Below are positions 57,550 through 64,000 of a stretch of 64,000 bases of DNA, one piece after another. Within the stretch, counting starts at the first letter, position 1. Each line of letters begins with the position of its first letter. The position numbers and the translations under genes were made by a program. This DNA is from Smithellaceae bacterium (GTDB taxonomy: Bacteria; Desulfobacterota; Syntrophia; Syntrophales; Smithellaceae). The stretch covers positions 14-64,013 of the forward strand of contig DAOTJI010000003.1 of the NCBI GenBank assembly GCA_035448625.1, given 5' to 3'. The notes under the pieces were generated by a model, which saw only the letters and a program-made list of their open reading frames with translations, was not told the origin of the DNA and made no database searches.

Positions 57550-59886
57550 GTGGCCATGAACAATTTCCTGGATTCGACATCGGAAAAGATCCTGTCCGTT
57601 TTTCGGAAATGGAGGGAAAATTATCCCCTCTCCTTTTCCTTCCTGAACAATGTCATCTTTCAGCGATGGGCGATTGCCGTCCTTTTGAGCGCAGGACTGA
57701 CGGTGCTTCTCGCGCCGCAGTTCTACCTTTCCAAGCCGTTATACCGCCACGGCATGATTGTTCAGGACAACATCAAGGCCGACCGTGACTTCCTGGTGGA
57801 GGACGTCCAATCCACAAGGCAAAAGCAAATCGAAGCCGCGGCCGCCGTTCGCCCGGTGTATGATTTTGACCCGGAAGCCGCCATGACGATTCGGGCGAAA
57901 ATCAAACAATCCTTCGCCCTTGCGGCAAGTCAGTCCGAAAGACCCCAGGGAAAAGCCCTTTTGGAGAAATCTCTGGGCATCCGGCTGACGGAGGATGAAT
58001 ACACCTTCCTGAAGGCCAACGCCTTTTCCGAGGAGCTTCTGCAGAGATTCTCCCGAATCCTATCCGCCTTCTACGACAAGACATTCGTCACGGGCGGCCC
58101 CTTCCGGAATCAGGATCATGAAAAAGGAATTACCATCGTCAATGCCCTGTCCCGGCAGGAGGAAAACACCAAGGAATTGTCTTCCATTCTGAACCTGAAA
58201 GACATCGGCCCGGTGCTCCTGCGCAGAGTCCACGCCTCGATCCGGAACGACCAGCCCAACGCCAGACTTGTGACGTTTTCGTTCCTGAAAAAGCTGATCG
58301 TGCCCAATCTGACCTATAATCCGGAAGCGACCGCCCGCAAAATTGACGCCGCGAAACAGACCGTCAAGCCGGTGTACTTTCAGGTGCAGAAAAACGAGAT
58401 GATTGTCCGCGAAGGGGACAAAATCGGCTACCTGGAACTGGCCAAGCTGGAGGCCTACCATAAGACCGCCGCGGACAACAACATCTCCAATCTCGCGGTC
58501 ATCGCCGGCATCTTCTGCCTCGTGCTGTTTTTGACCCTGCTTTTGTATTTCTGGCGAACCCGGAACTGGCTCAAAACATCGCCCCGCTCCAACGTGGATT
58601 TCCTGGTTTTCGCCATCGTCGCCCTGCTGCAAATCTTTGTCGTCAAAGCGGGCATTTTTATTTCCGTTGCCGTCAACCGGGCTTTCCCTTCCCTCCCGGT
58701 GGACGCGTGCTATTTCGCGATTCCCTTCGCCATGGGGGCCATGATTATCGCCGTACTGGTGAACCGGAACGTGGCGATGATCATGAGTGTTTTATCCTCA
58801 TTTCTGATCAGCCTGCTCTTTGAAGAAAAGATTATTTTTCCGCTGTTTTCTTTTCTGGGATCCGTTGCCGCCTCCTATCATATCGTCAACAGCCGTCAGC
58901 GCTCCACCTTTTTAAAGGTCGGCATCTTTTTGGGCGTCATCAATATTACCGCCATCCTCAGCTTGAATCTGCTGACCGGCCGACTGCTGGAGGATTTGTT
59001 GCTTCGTCTGGCCATGGGGCTTTTCGGCGGCATCATCACGGGAATTCTGGTGGCCGGATTGACCCCCGTTTTTGAAAGCCTCTTCGGCTTTATCACCTAC
59101 ATTAAGCTTCTGGAGCTGGCCAATCTCAATCAGCCGCTTTTTCAAAAAATGATCATTGAAGCCCCCGGCACCTATCATCACAGCATCATTGTCGCCTCCC
59201 TGGTGGAATCGGCGGCCGAGGCCATCGGAGCCAACGCGCTTCTGGCCAAGGTCAGCGCTTACTACCACGACATCGGAAAACTGGCCAAACCGCACTACTA
59301 CATTGAAAATCAAACCGGCTATGACAATCGCCACGACAAGCTTTCTCCGAAAATGAGCGCCCTGATCATTATTTCCCACGTCAAAGAAGGCTGCGAGCTG
59401 GCCCTGCAGGCCAAGCTGGGCAAGCCGATTATCGACATCATCCGGCAGCACCACGGCACCAGCCTGATCAGCTATTTCTTCGACAAAGCCAAAAAGGACA
59501 AGGACGAGTCCATCCGCTCGCTGACGGAAAGCGACTTCCGTTATCCCGGCCCCAAGCCGCAGACCAAGGAAGCGGGGCTCGTTATGCTGGGCGACGTAAT
59601 TGAAGCCTCTTCGCGGACCCTTTCCAACCCGACGCCCGCCCGAATCCGTTCGCTGGTGAGGGAAAGAATCGCGCGCATTTACACGGACGGACAGCTCGAT
59701 GAGTGCGAGCTGACGCTTCGAAACCTGAACACCATCGCGGAAACCTTCACGCGGATTTTAACCGGCATTTTCCATCATCGCGTCGAATATCCGGAAGCGC
59801 CCCCGAAGCCGAAGGAAACGAACGGCAAGAGAGAATCCCATGAAAATCCGAATCGCAAACCGGCAGAAACGGCTGAAAATCGATAG
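57550..59886 (+). CDS. 7TM-HD (HDIG) membrane phosphohydrolase, PgpH/YqfF-like
   Basis: An extracellular N-terminal region and seven TM helices, then the HD domain (HHSIIVASL...YYHDIGK). This is the conserved phoH-7TMHD-ybeY gene order. Confidence 0.8.
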   Translation: MAMNNFLDSTSEKILSVFRKWRENYPLSFSFLNNVIFQRWAIAVLLSAGLTVLLAPQFYLSKPLYRHGMIVQDNIKADRDFLVEDVQSTRQKQIEAAAAVRPVYDFDPEAAMTIRAKIKQSFALAASQSERPQGKALLEKSLGIRLTEDEYTFLKANAFSEELLQRFSRILSAFYDKTFVTGGPFRNQDHEKGITIVNALSRQEENTKELSSILNLKDIGPVLLRRVHASIRNDQPNARLVTFSFLKKLIVPNLTYNPEATARKIDAAKQTVKPVYFQVQKNEMIVREGDKIGYLELAKLEAYHKTAADNNISNLAVIAGIFCLVLFLTLLLYFWRTRNWLKTSPRSNVDFLVFAIVALLQIFVVKAGIFISVAVNRAFPSLPVDACYFAIPFAMGAMIIAVLVNRNVAMIMSVLSSFLISLLFEEKIIFPLFSFLGSVAASYHIVNSRQRSTFLKVGIFLGVINITAILSLNLLTGRLLEDLLLRLAMGLFGGIITGILVAGLTPVFESLFGFITYIKLLELANLNQPLFQKMIIEAPGTYHHSIIVASLVESAAEAIGANALLAKVSAYYHDIGKLAKPHYYIENQTGYDNRHDKLSPKMSALIIISHVKEGCELALQAKLGKPIIDIIRQHHGTSLISYFFDKAKKDKDESIRSLTESDFRYPGPKPQTKEAGLVMLGDVIEASSRTLSNPTPARIRSLVRERIARIYTDGQLDECELTLRNLNTIAETFTRILTGIFHHRVEYPEAPPKPKETNGKRESHENPNRKPAETAENR

Positions 59887-60301
59887 CCGCCGGATCCGTG
59901 CAAAGGTGAGCCGGATCCTTCGCTGGATCGACTGCGCGGATAAGGAAATCAGCATCACGCTGGTGGACGATGAGGCCATCCGCCTTCTCAACCGGCAGTA
60001 TCTGCATCGGGACAAACCGACCAATGTCTTGTCTTTTTCCTTACAGGAGGGCGAGTGCGGCCATGTGAATCCCGACCTGCTGGGAGATATCGTAATTTCC
60101 GCGGACACGGCGCTTCGCGACGCACAGCGGGGGCAATGGAGCCTGGAGGAGGAAATTCTCTTTCTGATCATTCACGGCCTGCTGCACCTGACCGGCTACG
60201 ATCATGTCCGGACGTCCCGGGCCGACGCCCTGAAAATGAAAAAAAGAGAAAAAGAGCTTTTCGGAAGGCTGGCGCTTACAGGAACCCGGGCCCGGCGATG
60301 A
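59840..60301 (+). CDS. ybeY: Endoribonuclease YbeY (rRNA maturation)
   Basis: Has the HGLLHLTGYDH zinc motif. It overlaps the upstream gene by 47 nt. Confidence 0.9.
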   Translation: MKIRIANRQKRLKIDSRRIRAKVSRILRWIDCADKEISITLVDDEAIRLLNRQYLHRDKPTNVLSFSLQEGECGHVNPDLLGDIVISADTALRDAQRGQWSLEEEILFLIIHGLLHLTGYDHVRTSRADALKMKKREKELFGRLALTGTRARR

Positions 60302-61960
60302 TCATCCCTGATCGGGAATCTTCAGCGTCATGCCATATTTGATCGTATTCGTTTTCAGGCGGTTCACCTGCCGGAGTTTGTCGACGGGGACATTGTAACG
60401 AGTGGCGATACGAAACAGCGTGTCGCCTTTCCGGACCTTATAGCTTTTCATGGATCCGGACGACGGGGAGCTCTTTTCAACGGAGGTTTTTTGTCGTACG
60501 GTTGCCGTTTCCGCGGTTTGAATCGGGATTCGGACATATCGGGTCTGTTGGATCAGCCGCTTGTTCCGGTTGATCCGGTTGCAGCTGTAGATCGCCTGCC
60601 GGGAAACCCTGTATCGCTTGGCAATGGAGGCCACGGTTTCACCGGGCTGGACTCGGTGCCGAATGTATCGGCTGGCGCCCCCATTTTTGCTTTTGCCCGC
60701 ATAACCGTTGCCGGGCTTTTCCGCGGCCGGAATATCGTTGTACACCATCTGAAATTTCTGAAGGAAACCTTCGGGGACCTTGAAATCGTATTCGCGGTCC
60801 GGCGTAATTTTGTACCGAAGCTCCGCGTTGAGCACGTTTATGTAATCCTCGGACACTTCCATTTTGGAGGCGACTTCGGACAGTTTCATCATTTTATTGA
60901 CCTTGACCGTTTCATAATTCATCAGCGTGTCCATCGTGGTCTGCAATTCAAACCCGTATTTTCGCGGATTCCGAACGATATGAAGGGTCGCGAGAAAACG
61001 GGGGACGTAGCGCGCCGTTTCGTGAGGCAACTGGGAATACAGGTCCCAGAAACGATCGAAGTAGTTGATGTGCTGTCGGGAGATGACGCGCAGCACCCTG
61101 CCCTCGCCGCAGTTATATGCGGCCAGCACGGTGAGCCAATCGCCGAACATCGCGTGCAGCTCCTTTAAATAGGCAATGGCCGCCTGCGTGGATTTCAGGA
61201 CATCCATGCGTTCATCCACCCATTCATCGCGGGTCAGGCCGTATTTATAGCCTGTAGACGGGATAAACTGCCACAGGCCCAGCGCTCTCGCGGGGGAATA
61301 CGCGCCGACCTTGAATCCGCTTTCCACCAGCGGCAGCCAGAAGAGCTCCTCGGGGATGCCCGCTTTCTTAAGTTCGGAAACGATGAGCTCCCGGTACAGG
61401 CCGGAACGCATGTAGGAAGCCGTAAAGAATTCCCTTTCCGGGCCCTGGAAAGAGCGAATTTCCTTTTCCACGTCCGGATTCATGATGAGTTGAATCTCAC
61501 TGGCCTTTCCGTTGGTGGGACCCCGTTTGGACGAGTAGACCGCCATGATGCGCTGGGAAATGAGGAGGCGCAGGTCGTCCTTCTGACGGGCGATCTCGAC
61601 GTCGCCGTTCGTGTCCAAAAGCAGTGCGTAGGCTTTATCCAGCTCATTGAGCGTATTTTCGATATCGCCCTTCTTCCAGTAATCGTCCGCCACTTCCAGA
61701 ATATCCAGCGCGTTTTCCATCAATGCCTGCTCTTCTTCAACATCCGCCGGTTCGTCTTTATCCGCCTGGCTTTGGTTCTCCTTGGCGGGTGGATGGACGG
61801 GAACACCCGTCTGGGATGCCTGTGTTGAAACGGCATGGGAATCCTGAAACAACTGGAACTGAGCGTCGGCCTTGTCCGCAAACGCGAAGGGAAGGCACGT
61901 CATCATGAGAAGGAAAGTCCATAAACCGCGGGACAAAGAAAATTTTTTATCATTCAGCAT
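60302..61960 (-). CDS. Lytic transglycosylase with two C-terminal LysM domains (MltD-like)
   Basis: Signal peptide, an SLT-domain motif (LPLVESGFK...GLWQF) and two LysM repeats (YKVRKGDTLFRIA..., HRVQPGETVASIA...). Its stop abuts the ybeY stop (TGATCA). Confidence 0.8.
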   Translation of the reverse strand: MLNDKKFSLSRGLWTFLLMMTCLPFAFADKADAQFQLFQDSHAVSTQASQTGVPVHPPAKENQSQADKDEPADVEEEQALMENALDILEVADDYWKKGDIENTLNELDKAYALLLDTNGDVEIARQKDDLRLLISQRIMAVYSSKRGPTNGKASEIQLIMNPDVEKEIRSFQGPEREFFTASYMRSGLYRELIVSELKKAGIPEELFWLPLVESGFKVGAYSPARALGLWQFIPSTGYKYGLTRDEWVDERMDVLKSTQAAIAYLKELHAMFGDWLTVLAAYNCGEGRVLRVISRQHINYFDRFWDLYSQLPHETARYVPRFLATLHIVRNPRKYGFELQTTMDTLMNYETVKVNKMMKLSEVASKMEVSEDYINVLNAELRYKITPDREYDFKVPEGFLQKFQMVYNDIPAAEKPGNGYAGKSKNGGASRYIRHRVQPGETVASIAKRYRVSRQAIYSCNRINRNKRLIQQTRYVRIPIQTAETATVRQKTSVEKSSPSSGSMKSYKVRKGDTLFRIATRYNVPVDKLRQVNRLKTNTIKYGMTLKIPDQG

Positions 61961-62079
61961 GCACCAGTCTCTCCCCTTGTATTTGGATGCCGGGCCGTTG
62001 GATTCGGCGCCGCGGATTTTGCGCGAGCTTTATAACACATTTCAACCATATCCCCAAATAATATCGACAATCGCAAATA

Positions 62080-63223
62080 TTATCCCTTGTTTACCGGCGG
62101 CGTATTTCCGTCGGAGACTTTGCGATCCGAAGCCATCATCAGATAGGCCTGAATCAAATCATCGATGTCCCCGTCCAGCACTTTCTGGGCGTTGCCGATT
62201 TCCAGATTGGTGCGGTGGTCCTTGACCATCTTGTAGGGGTGCAGGACATAGGAGCGGATCTGGCTTCCCCAGGCAATGTCTTTTTTCTGCCGGTTCTCTT
62301 CATCGAGCTTTTCATTTTTCTGCTGAAGCTCCCTTTCGTAGAGCCGGGATTTCAGGTATTTCATAGCCATGGATTTATTCTTGTGCTGCGATCGTTCGTT
62401 CTGGCACTGGACGACAATGCCGGTCGGCAGATGGGTGATCCGAACGGCGGAATCCGTTTTATTGACGTGTTGCCCTCCCTTGCCGCCGGAACGGAAGGTG
62501 TCGATGCGCAGATCATCCTCCCGGATGTCGATCCGGATTTCGTCGTCGATTTCCGGATAAACAAACACGGACGCGAAGGACGTGTGGCGCCTGGCGCCCG
62601 CGTCAAAGGGCGAAATGCGCACCAGACGGTGGATCCCGATCTCCGCCTTGGCATATCCGTAGGCGTATTCGCCCTCCACCGTAAACGAAACGCTTTTCAC
62701 GCCCGCTTCGTCTCCCGGCAGACAGTCAAGGACGGCGGTTTTGAAATTTCTTTTCTCGGCCCACCGCAGATACATGCGCAGCAGCATTTCCACCCAGTCC
62801 TGCGCTTCCGTGCCCCCTGCGCCCGCATGGATGGACATGATCGCATTCATCGGATCCTGTTCGCTGGAAAGCATCATTTTGAGTTCTTCTTCCCTGACCT
62901 CGCCCGAAAGGATCTGCAACTCGGCTTCCAGGTCCGGCAACAGCCCCTCGTCGTTTTCTTCAGAGGCCATCCGCCAGAGGTTTTCCTTCTCCCGGATGCG
63001 CCCGCTGAATCTTTTCCATTTTTCCAGGGATTCGGAGAGCTTGGTTTTTTTCCGCAGGATGGACTTGGCTTTCTCGGGGTCGTCCCAGAAATCCTTTTTG
63101 GCACACAAGATATCCAGGTCCTTGACCTGCAATTCCAGTTCGCCTACGTCAAAGACATTCTCCGATCGAGGCAATTCTTTTTTTCAGATCCAGAATGGTT
63201 TCCTGAAGGCTATCGACGGACAT
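62080..63223 (-). CDS. prfB: Peptide chain release factor 2, expressed via programmed +1 frameshift
   Basis: Frame 0 runs ATG 63223 ... CTT TGA (stop at 63151-63149) and encodes MSVDSLQETILDLKKRIASIGECL. The +1 frame from GAC (63150) continues to 62080. SPF and GGQ motifs are present (RISPFD, SGGKGGQHVN). Confidence 0.9.
63148..63154 (-). other. RF2 +1 frameshift site CTT TGA C
   Basis: The - strand reads ...TCGGAGAATGTCTTTGACGTA... An internal SD-like GGAG lies 5 nt upstream of CTT. Confidence 0.85.
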
Positions 63224-64000
63224 TTTTCCCCCTCCTTGTTAAGCGCCACGCCCCGGAAGCGGCGAGCCCGGCAAAGCAGACCCACACCAGCCAATCTCCC
63301 CAGGCGGCATAAACCGTCGGCGTTTGGATCAACGGCATTCTGCCGGCGATTTGATTTCTTTCGAACAATCCCGTCCGAGCCAGAATCCGGCCGGTCGGGT
63401 CCACCATCGCGGAAATGCCCGTATTGGCCGCCCGAACCAGGCAGAGCCTGGTCTCCACGGCCCGAAAAACGGACATGGAAAGATGCTGATAGGGAGCGGA
63501 CGTCCGTCCAAACCAGGCATCGTTCGTGATATTCACCAGAAGATCAGCCCCGGCGTTTTTATACCGGCGGGCCGCTTCGGGCAGGATGCCCTCGTAGCAG
63601 ATCATCACGCCGATTTTTCGTCCGTCCATGGACAGCGGGGTATAACCCTTCCCCGAGGTAAAATCGCCGATGCCGGACGCCAGGCTGCCGACAAAGGGAA
63701 ACAGCTTTCTGAGCGGAACGTATTCCCCGTAGGGCACCAGATGCACTTTGTCATACTTTTCCTGTCTATCGCCCCCGGGGGAAAGCAGATAGGCGCTGTT
63801 GTAATACCTGGTTTCTGCGCGATCGCCGGCATAGCTCACCGATCCGAAAAGGAGCCAGCTTTTCGTTCGGGAGGGCAACCGCCTGACCCGGCCCTGCAGA
63901 TCGCCCGGCTCCTGAAAGTTGAAAGGCACGGCGGTTTCGGGCCAGACCACCAGGCCACCGGGAACCTTCGTGCCGCGAAGCGACAACTCTTCGTAAATGC
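63210..64000 (-). CDS. lnt: Apolipoprotein N-acyltransferase, C-terminal part (gene continues beyond the window)
   Basis: CN-hydrolase domain motifs (VVWPETA, ICYE) and a C-terminal TM helix. The reading frame is open to the window edge. Its last 14 nt overlap the prfB start. Confidence 0.8.
   Translation of the reverse strand, partial: IYEELSLRGTKVPGGLVVWPETAVPFNFQEPGDLQGRVRRLPSRTKSWLLFGSVSYAGDRAETRYYNSAYLLSPGGDRQEKYDKVHLVPYGEYVPLRKLFPFVGSLASGIGDFTSGKGYTPLSMDGRKIGVMICYEGILPEAARRYKNAGADLLVNITNDAWFGRTSAPYQHLSMSVFRAVETRLCLVRAANTGISAMVDPTGRILARTGLFERNQIAGRMPLIQTPTVYAAWGDWLVWVCFAGLAASGAWRLTRRGKNVRR

Overview
This is a 64-kb, gene-dense, fairly GC-rich chromosomal window with about 58 protein genes and one tRNA. 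I saw no rRNA, CRISPR array, transposase, integrase or phage genes. Gene content points to an anaerobic Desulfobacterota/Syntrophia-like organism: TupABC tungstate uptake, indolepyruvate:ferredoxin oxidoreductase IorAB, a GGGtGRT protein, a Tat-exported DUF362 with a NapH/NapG-like polyferredoxin, an ApgM-family enzyme next to hom, and PaaK-like ligases. That lineage call is inference only.

Most genes are housekeeping: gltA, recJ, rpmB, pfk, purMN, recG, panE, hom, dnaE, guaB, dtd, phoH-ybeY, prfB and lnt.

The observation I rate highest is an unannotated 28-codon leader ORF at 16522-16608 encoding MMKKQITVQTFRFFFFSFIGDRVCLDVS. It has its own promoter and Shine-Dalgarno sequence and is followed by a strong intrinsic terminator, all directly upstream of a LIV-family ABC transporter operon that carries two embedded acyl/aryl-CoA ligases. 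This looks like a phenylalanine-sensing attenuator on an uptake/activation system, possibly aryl-acid salvage toward Phe via IorAB.

Other points worth a second look:
- A PurR-box-like 18-bp palindrome sits exactly in the spacer of the purMN promoter.
- An uncharacterised redox/Fe-S neighbourhood lies next to tupABC (fused NapH-NapG-like polyferredoxin, Tat-DUF362, DUF1893, GGGtGRT, IscU-like).
- A translationally coupled operon encodes a B12-radical-SAM enzyme, a tiny membrane protein, an M16 peptidase pair and an M20 peptidase.
- prfB carries the classical +1 frameshift.

All calls come from reading the sequence and the ORF translations. No searches or folding programs were run.
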